DNA from: an uncultured delta proteobacterium
GTDB lineage: Bacteria; Myxococcota; UBA727; VGSZ01
DNA: 64,000 nucleotides
NCBI GenBank assembly: GCA_963775425.1
Contig: CAVZJB010000003.1
Location: 384,001-448,000 of the forward strand
Reading direction: 5' to 3'
Shown: one piece after another, positions 56,046-64,000 of the stretch
How positions within the stretch are numbered: the stretch's first letter is position 1
How the letters are laid out: the number at the start of each line of letters is the position of its first letter
The notes under the pieces: model-generated
What the model was told of the DNA's origin: nothing
The model's database searches: none
Seen by the model: only the letters and a program-made list of their open reading frames with translations
Program-made: the position numbers and the translations under genes

Positions 56046-56840
56046 CTACTCGCCCTCGCCTTCGCCTTCGCCTTCGCCCTCTCCTTCGCCTTCGCCTTCG
56101 CCCTCGCCTTCGCCCTCTCCTTCGCCTTCGCCCTCGCCCTCGCCCTCGCCTTCGCCCTCACCCTCGCCCTCGCCCTCGCCCTCGCCCTCGCCCTCGCCCT
56201 CGCCGCCGTGGCAGACGGGGTCGACGTTGCAGTCGGCGTCGGCGCAGTCGATGTCGCCGTCGCCGTCGTTGTCGATGCCGTCGGCGCAGTCGCGCTCGGC
56301 GCAGGTGGCGTCGTCGGCCGCGAGGAAGGGCAGGGTGCTCACGGGGATGGTGAGCGTCGGGGTCTTGGCGGCATCGCTCTTGATGACGAGGTTGGCGAAG
56401 CTCGCCGCGGCCGGGTCGGCGGTGGTGTACTTGAACGCGAGCGACGCCACGTCGTCCTTGAACAGCTCGGACTGATCGAACGCGGCATCGCTGAAGGCGT
56501 CGACGCCGCCACCCTGGTCGGACTCGGTGAAGGACACGTCCGTGATGGTGACCTTGTCGTCGCCGACGTTGCGCACGGAGAAGCTCTCCACCGCGGTCGC
56601 GACCGGCGTCTCGCAGAAGAAGCCGGTGCGGCAGCCCTGGAGCGTGCACTGGTTGGCCGCGCCGCACGTGGCCGTGACGGCGTCGCTGCCCGCGGCGGGG
56701 TTGCACGACGTCAGCGACGGCGGGAGCGCGATCTCCTGCAACAGCGGCCGGAGCTCGCCCGGCGAGGACGCGGGGCAGGCGCAGGGGAAGACGGCGGCGA
56801 CGGCGAGAAGCCCGAGGCGGTGGAGTCTCATGTTGTTCAT
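56046..56840 (-). CDS. Lipoprotein with Ig-like domain, Cys/Asp repeat and C-terminal (GE)26 tail
   Basis: Signal peptide with Cys, V.N.G....I..V Ig-like strand, C.DGIDNDGDG..DC.D.DC and a GE tail running to the stop. Confidence 0.85.
   Translation of the reverse strand: MNNMRLHRLGLLAVAAVFPCACPASSPGELRPLLQEIALPPSLTSCNPAAGSDAVTATCGAANQCTLQGCRTGFFCETPVATAVESFSVRNVGDDKVTITDVSFTESDQGGGVDAFSDAAFDQSELFKDDVASLAFKYTTADPAAASFANLVIKSDAAKTPTLTIPVSTLPFLAADDATCAERDCADGIDNDGDGDIDCADADCNVDPVCHGGEGEGEGEGEGEGEGEGEGEGEGEGEGEGEGEGEGEGEGEGEGEGEGEGEGE
56049..56204 (-). repeat. (Gly-Glu)26 coding tract
   Basis: 156 bp of mixed GGC/GGT/GGA plus GAG/GAA codons ending at the stop codon. Confidence 0.95.
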
Positions 56841-56844
56841 CTCT

Positions 56845-59106
56845 TCAGCCGTTCTGGCAGAAATCCTGGCCGGTGTCACAGTTCGCGGGACATCCGCACG
56901 TGATGGTGGCCGTGATCGTGTATGTCATGTCGAGGTCGAAGTCATTGATGCCGTTGTCCACGACCTCGATGTACAGGGGCGCGTCGACGTTCACGCTCCC
57001 GCCGGCGGACACGATGCACTCGTCGGGTCCGTCGCCGAAGTCCACCGTGTGGGCGGGGTTGCTGTCGCCGTCGGTCCAGCAGCGCGAGTCCACGCACACG
57101 GAACCGGGCGCGCACGCGTTCTGCCCGCCCTCCTGCTCGCTGCACCCGCCGGTCTGGGTGGCCTCGAGGGTGCTGCCGGCGAGCGCGCTGCCGTTGTCGC
57201 CGTGCACGAACACCGCGAGCTCCACCGGGGTGGTGCGGTCGATGGTGTAGTTGACGTTGATCCCCCAGTACGCGCCCGAGGGGAAGTGATCGAGCTTGAA
57301 GAAGTCGCGGTCGCCCTCGTACGACAGCCTGCCGCTGAAGGTGCGCGAGACCGACCCCGCGGCGGGATCGCCGCAATTGGCCTCGTTGGCGGGGAAGTTG
57401 AAGCCCACCGGGTTCGGCACCGCCTCGACGTCGATGCACGTGGGATCCTGGTCGTCCGCCGGCAGGTTCTGGTCGATGGTCGTCGGGGGCGCGGCGCAGA
57501 GCGGTTGATAGCCCGTGTCCACCACGCGCGCCCGCTGCTTGCTCTGCTCGCGCTGCCGGGCGCGCTCGGCTTCGGCGGCGGTGACGTTGTTGCCGGTGTC
57601 GGCGAAGCCGGCGAACTCCAGGTTCGGGATGAGGAAGTCGTCGCCGTGCTCGTTGGTGTCGGGGTCCGGCACCACCTGGAACTGGATGGTGTAGCCGCCG
57701 GTCTCCTGGAAGGCGTCGTCGTTGAGCTCGTTGACGCTGACGAACACGGGCTCCGCGGTGCGCAGCGGGAACGCGGTCTTGAACGGCGAGGTCTTGATGA
57801 AGCGCTGCAGCATCTCGGTGCCGCACTTGTTGTCGTAGCAGACATGGGTGTGGTTGGTGGCGGGGTCTACGCCGACGCACTGGTTGGGCGCCTGGGCGCA
57901 CGCTACCGGGGCGCCGTCCTCGGGATCGGCCGTGATCATGGCGAGCTGCGGCTGGAAGTCGGGCGACAGCGTCCCGTCGAAGGTCACGGTCACCACGAGC
58001 ACCTGGGGCGTGTTGCGGCTCGTGCCCCCGGGCGGGGTGACGCGATAGACGTCCTGATCGGCGAACGACGCCAGCGACGCCGTCACCGTCTGGCCTGAGG
58101 TCACGGTGGTGGCGGTGTCGACGGACTCGTTGCCGCCGGCGCCCTCGTTGGCGTCGGGATCGGCGAGGACGGAGACGTTGACCGTGTATTGGCCGAGCGC
58201 GGGATCGAGCTGGGCGTCGGTGGCGGCGGTGTCGCCGCCGGCCTGGACGAGCAGGAGGTACGGCCCGGCGGGATCGGTGCTGGCGGCCTTGCGCAGCCGC
58301 ACGGTCTCCTTGGTGGCGTCGGCGGGATCGGCGGCGAGCGGCGCCGTCTGGAGCACCGTGAGCGCGTCGGGCAACAACAGCGTGGCGACGTGCTGCACGC
58401 CGCTGCCGGCGGGGACGTCGATGGTGACGTCGATGATCTGCGCCGCGGCGGAGACCTCGATGGCGTAGTAGTCGAGGTCGCCCGAGGTGGCGATGATGCC
58501 GTTGATGGGCGTGCCCGGCGTGACCGGCGTGGCCTGGTCGGGGAGGTTGTTCGGCTCGTTGGCGTCGGGGTCGGGGACCACGTCGACGACGAGGGTGTAC
58601 TCGTTCACGTTGTCGAAGCCGTCGTCGAGCCCTTCGAAGTCGCGCACGTCGACGATGTAGTCGGCGGTGTCGTCCACGCGGTGCGCGCTGGTGAAGTTGG
58701 TGACGTGCCCCTGGGTGTCGTTGGGGTCGCCGTCGAAGATGCCGAGCGGGTCCATGGTGCCGTCGCCGTTGTCCTTGAACAGGCCGTAGGCCGGGCTGAC
58801 GTTGGTGAAGTTCGTGCCCATGGACAGCGTGACGACGAGGACGTCGCCTGCGTTGGCGTGGACGCGGTAGCCGTCGTCGTCACGCGCGGGGCACAGGGTG
58901 CCGGTGATGGGCGTGGACGCCTCGAGGTCCACCGCGCTGGTGGCGTCGCGGGTGGGGAAGTTGGTGTCCACCTGGCAGCCCTCCACCGGCGGCGGCGGTG
59001 GCGGCTTGACCTCGGGCGGCGGCGGGCATGCGGTGAGTGCGGCGCAGGCGGCGAGCGCGACCGGCGCCACGCGGAAGAAGGCATCGCGGGTCATGGGCTT
59101 CCTCAT
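56845..59106 (-). CDS. Large acidic lipoprotein with PPC-like domains (MtsF-like)
   Basis: Lipobox LTAC; repeated D.NE.N....AT...G.I....D.D.Y modules; last of the TSP3-vWA-vWA series. Confidence 0.75.
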   Translation of the reverse strand: MRKPMTRDAFFRVAPVALAACAALTACPPPPEVKPPPPPPVEGCQVDTNFPTRDATSAVDLEASTPITGTLCPARDDDGYRVHANAGDVLVVTLSMGTNFTNVSPAYGLFKDNGDGTMDPLGIFDGDPNDTQGHVTNFTSAHRVDDTADYIVDVRDFEGLDDGFDNVNEYTLVVDVVPDPDANEPNNLPDQATPVTPGTPINGIIATSGDLDYYAIEVSAAAQIIDVTIDVPAGSGVQHVATLLLPDALTVLQTAPLAADPADATKETVRLRKAASTDPAGPYLLLVQAGGDTAATDAQLDPALGQYTVNVSVLADPDANEGAGGNESVDTATTVTSGQTVTASLASFADQDVYRVTPPGGTSRNTPQVLVVTVTFDGTLSPDFQPQLAMITADPEDGAPVACAQAPNQCVGVDPATNHTHVCYDNKCGTEMLQRFIKTSPFKTAFPLRTAEPVFVSVNELNDDAFQETGGYTIQFQVVPDPDTNEHGDDFLIPNLEFAGFADTGNNVTAAEAERARQREQSKQRARVVDTGYQPLCAAPPTTIDQNLPADDQDPTCIDVEAVPNPVGFNFPANEANCGDPAAGSVSRTFSGRLSYEGDRDFFKLDHFPSGAYWGINVNYTIDRTTPVELAVFVHGDNGSALAGSTLEATQTGGCSEQEGGQNACAPGSVCVDSRCWTDGDSNPAHTVDFGDGPDECIVSAGGSVNVDAPLYIEVVDNGINDFDLDMTYTITATITCGCPANCDTGQDFCQNG

Positions 59107-60911
59107 GGATCGACGCAGTCGACTGCGGGATCGAATTCATTGGCGGGCTTGAAGGCCTCGCGGGGCAAGGTGATCTCGCCGTTGGCGGGATCCTTGAGGC
59201 GCTTGTCGGCGTCGAAGCGCGCGCGGGCGCAGGCGAGCCGCGCCGTGCCCGGCTCGTCGGGAGCGTCGAACGGCGCCTCGGTGACCTCGAAGATGATGCG
59301 GTTTTCGCCGGGCAGCATCTCGCCGGCGCCGAGACCCGGCGAGGGCGTGGTGCCGTTGGGCGCGTCGAGCGGCGCGTCCGCGCCCTTGGTGCTCGCGAGC
59401 GCGATGTTGTCGACCTTGAAGTCGTAGCAGATGGACGCGCCCTCGATGCCGCGCTGCACGATCTTGTAGCGGTAGGCGTGCTCCGAGAGGTCGGAGACGT
59501 CGTCGGTGTCGACCCGAGAGTGCGCGCGCATCTCCGCCGCGTTGCCGACGCCGTCGAAGTCGATGTCGAGCAGCGTGTCCGCGAGGCCGGGGTTGCTGCC
59601 GTAGAGCACCTCGATGCCGTCCCCGAAGCCGTCGTTGTCGCTGTCGTAGAACAGCGAGCTGGTGCCGAAGAACAGCTCCTCGCAGTTGCGCAGGCCGTCG
59701 CCGTCGTCGTCGAAGCGATCGCGGTCGCCCTTGCAGTCGGCGTCGGTGGGATTGAGCGGGTCGAAGCCCGACGACTCGAGGCTGTGTTCGAGCAGGTCGG
59801 AGAAGCCGTCGTTGTCCGTGTCTGTGAGGAACGGGTCCGTGCCGATGAGGTTCTCCACCTGATCGGACAGGCCGTCGCCGTCGCTGTCGATGATGCCCTT
59901 GGCGAGCGTGGGGTCGTCGGAGCGCACGCGGGGATCCACGCCGAGCGCGGCCGAGAACGGGCGCGCGTTGATGTTGTCGGCGGTGAAGTTCTTCATGGCG
60001 AACACGCGCTTGAACGAGGTGAAGTCCACGAAGAGGAAGTTGATGGCCTCCCCCGACGAGAAGTCGCGGAACACGCCGTTGCCGCGCTTGGCCATGGCGC
60101 GCATGAACGTGGAGCCGCACTGCTTGATCTGGGTGTCGGTCTGGGGCGCGGCGGCGAAGGCCGAGTTGAAGCTCAGCTCGCGGATGTTGTACTGGCGGGC
60201 GAGCTCGTTGATCTGGCCGATGAGCAGGTCCGACTGATCGACGACGTCGACGGCGTTGGGCGGCGCGCGCCCCGTCTGCTCCCACAAGGACGCGTCCTCA
60301 CAGGTCTGCGTGATGTCGAAGCGGCTGTCGGTGTCGGGGATGCCGTCCGAGAGGAACATGATCACGTAGCGCGCGTTCTGGAGGTCGAGCGGGTCGGAGA
60401 TGGCCATGTCGGTGGCGAGGGTGCCGACGGCGGTCTCGAGCGCGTTCAGGAAGTCCGTGGTGCCGCCCGCCTGCGCCACGGCGCCCGCCGCCGTGAGCGC
60501 CTCTTCGGGCGGGGCGAAGCCGAGCGTGCAGTTGGTGCGCGTGGTGTAGTCGTCGCAGTGGTCGGTGACGACGGAGGTGCTGGCGCCGAACACCTCGATG
60601 GCGATCTCCACGCCCGGGATGTCCTTGACGGCGTCGATGACGTCGAGGACGGCGGCGACTCGGGTGAAGCCCGGATCGGTGACCACCATCGACTGGCTGG
60701 TGTCGATGATGAACATGATCTTCACGGGGAACGAGAGATCGTCCGGGTCCGTGGTGCAGAAGCTGCCGTTCACCGAGAGCTTGTTGTCCGCGCGCTCGTT
60801 GAGCGGGGGCGGGATGGGCTCGAGCGAGCCGTCGTAGCAGCCGGCGGCGACGGCGAGCGCGAAGGCGAGGGTGGCGCCGACGACGGCGCCCGTGGTTGTC
60901 GGGCGCGGCAT
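59103..60911 (-). CDS. vWA-domain lipoprotein with Ca-binding DxDxDG repeats (MtsD/E-like)
   Basis: Lipobox AAGC, FCT...FPVKI.FIIDTSQSM, FLSDG.P and DSDGDGL.D..E...GT.P repeats. Confidence 0.85.
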   Translation of the reverse strand: MPRPTTTGAVVGATLAFALAVAAGCYDGSLEPIPPPLNERADNKLSVNGSFCTTDPDDLSFPVKIMFIIDTSQSMVVTDPGFTRVAAVLDVIDAVKDIPGVEIAIEVFGASTSVVTDHCDDYTTRTNCTLGFAPPEEALTAAGAVAQAGGTTDFLNALETAVGTLATDMAISDPLDLQNARYVIMFLSDGIPDTDSRFDITQTCEDASLWEQTGRAPPNAVDVVDQSDLLIGQINELARQYNIRELSFNSAFAAAPQTDTQIKQCGSTFMRAMAKRGNGVFRDFSSGEAINFLFVDFTSFKRVFAMKNFTADNINARPFSAALGVDPRVRSDDPTLAKGIIDSDGDGLSDQVENLIGTDPFLTDTDNDGFSDLLEHSLESSGFDPLNPTDADCKGDRDRFDDDGDGLRNCEELFFGTSSLFYDSDNDGFGDGIEVLYGSNPGLADTLLDIDFDGVGNAAEMRAHSRVDTDDVSDLSEHAYRYKIVQRGIEGASICYDFKVDNIALASTKGADAPLDAPNGTTPSPGLGAGEMLPGENRIIFEVTEAPFDAPDEPGTARLACARARFDADKRLKDPANGEITLPREAFKPANEFDPAVDCVDP

Positions 60912-62950
60912 CACTTCACCTCCAGGCCTTCGCAGATGTCGAGACCGTTTTGGAGCGCGTCGATGACCGTCGGGTTCGACAGGTCCTTGAAGTGGCAGGC
61001 CAGCGGATCCTGCGCACAGGCGGCTTCGTCCTCGACGATGCTCACCTTGCCCTGGGCGGGGTCCTTGAAGTTCGGTTTCACGTACTGCACGCGCGCGCAG
61101 CCGACGCGCATGTCGATGCGGCCGAGCGGGTTGTCGATGGGGGCCTCGGCGATGAAGAAGAGCACGTCGTTGAAGCCGCGCCGGCCGCCGACGAAGCGCG
61201 GCTGCGTGGTGGCGAGGTGGATGCCGCGCGCCTTCTCCGTGTAACAGGTGCGGCCGTCCTCGGTGTGGCCGTTCTCGATGAGCTCGTAGCGGATGGATTG
61301 CTGCTCGCGATCGCTGTCCGGCAGGAGCGGGTCACGCCCCTTGCGGACCTCCTCGAGGTTGGGCGTGCCGTCGAAGTCGTCGTCGCGGTTGTCTTCGGCG
61401 CGCGTGGGGTCGAGGCCGATGCGCACCTCGATGCCGTCGGGGATGGTGTCGCCGTCGGTGTCGGCGAGCTTGGGGTTGGTGCCGAGGATGTTCTCCTCGC
61501 AGCCGTTCAAGCCGTCGCCGTCGAGGTCGGTGCGGTCGACGCCGTCGAATTGCGGCGTGGCCGGACAGGCCTTGATGGGCCGCCGCTGGAACCGCGGATC
61601 GAAGCCGACGTCGGTGCGGTCCTCCTCGAACTTGTCGTCGAAGCCGTCGCCCCACGTGGCCGGGTCCTGGAGGATCTGCGGCGGCACGCCGGCGGGCAAT
61701 TGGTCGACCTGTTTGTCGGAGTCGGCCACGGCGGCGTCGGTGCCGAGGTTGAACTCGAGGTCGTCGTCGAGGCCGTCGCCGTCGGAGTCCGGGCGGAAGT
61801 CGACGACGGACGGGTCGCCGCCGGGCGGCAGGGCGTTTTTGTTGTGCGCGTACGCGTCGATGAGCGTGAAGCCCTGCTTGAGCGACGTGAAGTTGAACGA
61901 GAGGAAGTCGATCTCGCCGGAATTCTCGAAGTCGCGGAACTGGCCGTGGCCGATGTTGGCCATGCTCTGCAGCAGCGACGCCGCGCGGCACTTGTTCAGG
62001 CGGAAGATCTGCTTCACGTCGTCGCCGAGGCCGCTGTCGAAGAGCAGCGCGGTGTTGAGCTGGATCTCGCCGACGCCGAACTGTGCGCCGAGATCCATGA
62101 TGTCCTGCACCAGCCCTTCGATCTGGTAGCTGCGGTTGTAGTTGCTGTCGATCTCGAGGTCGTTGAGCGCGGTGAGCGTGCCTGCGCCGAAGTTGGGGGT
62201 GCCGTTGCCGGCGAAGGCCTGGTCCGCGCCGTCGCGGAAGAAGTCGAGGCGATCGTTGTCGTTGCAGAAGACGGACTCCTCGGCGTCCTCGCAGTAGCGG
62301 CCGGAGGGGGTGAGCGCGCCGGCCTCCCACGCCTCGGGCGCGCAGCCGTAGGGGTCGCCGCCGTACGCGCCGACGGTCTCGTCGGCGTTGATGCAGCACT
62401 TGGGATCGGGGGAGCCGTCGGAGAAGAAGACGATGACGTACTTGGTGCGCGCGAGCTCCGCGGGATCGGCGCGCAGCATGTCGAGCAGCAGGAGCTGCTT
62501 GGCGGCGTTGAGGGCGCCCTGGTAGTCGGTGGTGACGTCCTTGAGCGTGAGGAAGCTCGGCTCCTGCCAGTTGGCGGCGGAGATGAAGATGGGATCGTCG
62601 GGGTTGTTGATCTGCGGCTCGAGGTAGACGTTGCTGCCGAAGCCCATGGTGGACACGAACACGTTTTGCTGCGGCCGCAGCGTGTTCATGAGCTGGCGCA
62701 CCGCGTTGACGCGCAGGCCGGGCTGATCGGTGAACTGCATCGAGCCCGACGTGTCGACGACGAGGAGCAGCTTCACGGGGAACGCCACGTCGGCCGCCGG
62801 CCGCGTGCAGAACTGCGCATCGAGCTCGAGCAGATCGTCGACGACTGGCGGCTCGCCGTTGGTGATGGGCACGAGCTTCTGATTCGTACACCCGAGGCCG
62901 ATGATCGAGGCGAGCACCAGGCCGAGTGCGGGAGTTCGCGCGATGTTCAT
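60911..62950 (-). CDS. vWA-domain lipoprotein with Ca-binding DxDxDG repeats (MtsD/E-like)
   Basis: GGAGG RBS before the ATG at 62950, lipobox GLGC, FCT...FPVKLLLVVDTSGSM, FFSDG.P and DxDGDG repeats; paralogue of the downstream gene. Confidence 0.87.
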   Translation of the reverse strand: MNIARTPALGLVLASIIGLGCTNQKLVPITNGEPPVVDDLLELDAQFCTRPAADVAFPVKLLLVVDTSGSMQFTDQPGLRVNAVRQLMNTLRPQQNVFVSTMGFGSNVYLEPQINNPDDPIFISAANWQEPSFLTLKDVTTDYQGALNAAKQLLLLDMLRADPAELARTKYVIVFFSDGSPDPKCCINADETVGAYGGDPYGCAPEAWEAGALTPSGRYCEDAEESVFCNDNDRLDFFRDGADQAFAGNGTPNFGAGTLTALNDLEIDSNYNRSYQIEGLVQDIMDLGAQFGVGEIQLNTALLFDSGLGDDVKQIFRLNKCRAASLLQSMANIGHGQFRDFENSGEIDFLSFNFTSLKQGFTLIDAYAHNKNALPPGGDPSVVDFRPDSDGDGLDDDLEFNLGTDAAVADSDKQVDQLPAGVPPQILQDPATWGDGFDDKFEEDRTDVGFDPRFQRRPIKACPATPQFDGVDRTDLDGDGLNGCEENILGTNPKLADTDGDTIPDGIEVRIGLDPTRAEDNRDDDFDGTPNLEEVRKGRDPLLPDSDREQQSIRYELIENGHTEDGRTCYTEKARGIHLATTQPRFVGGRRGFNDVLFFIAEAPIDNPLGRIDMRVGCARVQYVKPNFKDPAQGKVSIVEDEAACAQDPLACHFKDLSNPTVIDALQNGLDICEGLEVK

Positions 62951-63033
62951 CCGTCCTCCGTCGAGCCCCGAGAGTGTACCACGATCCACGTCGTCAAACC
63001 TGTCTGCACGATCCGATCCCGCCGACCGGAGGG

Positions 63034-63190
63034 AGGCGCGCACTCTGACCGAGCGAAGCGAGGGAAGGCGTGCGGAACAAAGAATGCTGAGGCGCGCACT
63101 CTGACCGAGCGAAGCGAGGGAAGGCGTGCGGAACAAAAAAACGCTGAGCGCACTCTGATCGAGCGAGCGAGGGAAGGCGTGCGGAACAAA
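63034..63190. repeat. Three tandem copies of a 54-56-bp REP-like unit
   Basis: GCGCACTCTGACCGAGCGAAGCGAGGGAAGGCGTGCGGAACAAA; CACTCTGA recurs at 63041, 63097 and 63151. Confidence 0.92.
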
Positions 63191-63227
63191 AAAAAGACGA
63201 CGCCCCCGATTTCTCGGGGGCGTCGTC
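63188..63227 (-). terminator. Intrinsic terminator after the MtsC-like gene
   Basis: Perfect 14-bp stem GACGACGCCCCCGA-GAAA-TCGGGGGCGTCGTC followed by T8 on the minus strand, about 20 bp after the stop. Confidence 0.92.
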
Positions 63228-63246
63228 CGGAGGAAACCGACTCTGA

Positions 63247-64000
63247 CTACTTCCCGTTGCGACGGCGGCGGCGCACGAGGAACAGCAGGCCGAGGAGGGC
63301 GGCCGCCGGAGCCGTGCTGCCCGGGGCGGCGGCGCAGAAGGTCTGCACGGGCTCGCCACCGACGTTGATGGTGACTTCCGCCTCGGAGGTCTTGCTGTCC
63401 GGGTAGGCGTCGTCCTCGGGGTGCACGAGCTCGGCGAGGAGCTTGAGGGTGTACTTGCCGGGCACGGTGGTGCTGAAGCGCGCCTCGTGGTCGGGCTCGT
63501 AGAGGTACTCAATCTCCTGCGACACGCTCACGCTGCCCTGCGGGTTGGTGATGGTGTAGGCGTTCTGGCCGTCGGCGGGCGTCGAGACCACGGTCCAGGT
63601 GTAGCGGATGGCGCGGCTCTCGCGGTTGGCGAAGATGTGCAGGAGCTTGGCGTCAGCCGTGGTCTGGGTGTCGATGGTCGGGCCCGCGTGCACGGCGAAG
63701 GGCGCGGCCGGGTCGAGGCAGCTCGCCTCGTCGGTGACCACGAAGCAGAGGAACGGGTCACACGCGTCGCCGAGGCCGTCGTGATCGATGTCCTTCTGGT
63801 CGAGGTTGGGCACGTTCAAGCAGTTGTCGAACGTGTTGTCGAGGCCGTCGTTGTCGAGGTCGTGGTCGCAGAGGTCGCCGATGCCGTCGTTGTCGTTGTC
63901 GGCCTGGTCGACGTTGGGCAGCGCGATGCAGTTGTCGAGCGCGTCGTCGATGAGGTCGGCGTCCTGGTCGGAGAAGCACGCGTTCGGCACGATGGCGTTG
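63247..64000 (-). CDS. Thrombospondin type-3 repeat protein with MYXO-CTERM sorting signal (MtsC-like); 5' end outside the window
   Basis: DNC...PN.DQ.D.D.DG.GD.CD repeats, an Ig/PKD-like domain and C-terminal CAAAPG..AAALLGLLFLVRRRRR. Confidence 0.88.
   Translation of the reverse strand, partial: NAIVPNACFSDQDADLIDDALDNCIALPNVDQADNDNDGIGDLCDHDLDNDGLDNTFDNCLNVPNLDQKDIDHDGLGDACDPFLCFVVTDEASCLDPAAPFAVHAGPTIDTQTTADAKLLHIFANRESRAIRYTWTVVSTPADGQNAYTITNPQGSVSVSQEIEYLYEPDHEARFSTTVPGKYTLKLLAELVHPEDDAYPDSKTSEAEVTINVGGEPVQTFCAAAPGSTAPAAALLGLLFLVRRRRRNGK

Noticed and set aside
63034-63190. Possible mini CRISPR array
   Set aside because: The segments between repeats are only about 10 bp and resemble each other, and no cas genes are in the window.

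Overview
This is a very GC-rich, gene-dense 64 kb chromosomal segment. Its gene content points to a Myxococcota (myxobacteria-like) organism: MYXO-CTERM protein, mts-like cohesion locus, MglA-family GTPase, FHA-sigma54 activator, zinc-ribbon Ser/Thr kinase and FHA proteins. About 56 CDSs can be supported. Housekeeping genes include trpS, lnt, prfB, truA, an RluA-family synthase, a YciO/Sua5 protein, serA with a class-V aminotransferase, and a sigma70 factor. I saw no rRNA, tRNA, CRISPR array, integrase or transposase. The most unusual items are: (1) a divergent cluster at 26.9-34.2 kb with two radical SAM/SPASM enzymes, a methyltransferase, a PHP phosphoesterase, a CBM48-GH13 glucanase and two orphans, which I cannot match to a known pathway; (2) a DacZ-type diadenylate cyclase directly abutting a zinc-ribbon/double-FHA gene, within a window rich in nucleotide-messenger parts; (3) a GH3 ligase plus HAD phosphatase directly upstream of serine-pathway genes; (4) a SET, JmjC and HxxxDG-acyltransferase neighbourhood in which a lipoprotein gene is flanked by 40-bp direct repeats; (5) three unrelated exported proteins with (Gly-Glu)n tracts; (6) several intergenic tandem repeats with GNA-triloop mini-hairpins; (7) two apparent single-base frameshifts, probably assembly indels. 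All calls come from reading motifs by eye. No database search was run, and start codons are best estimates.
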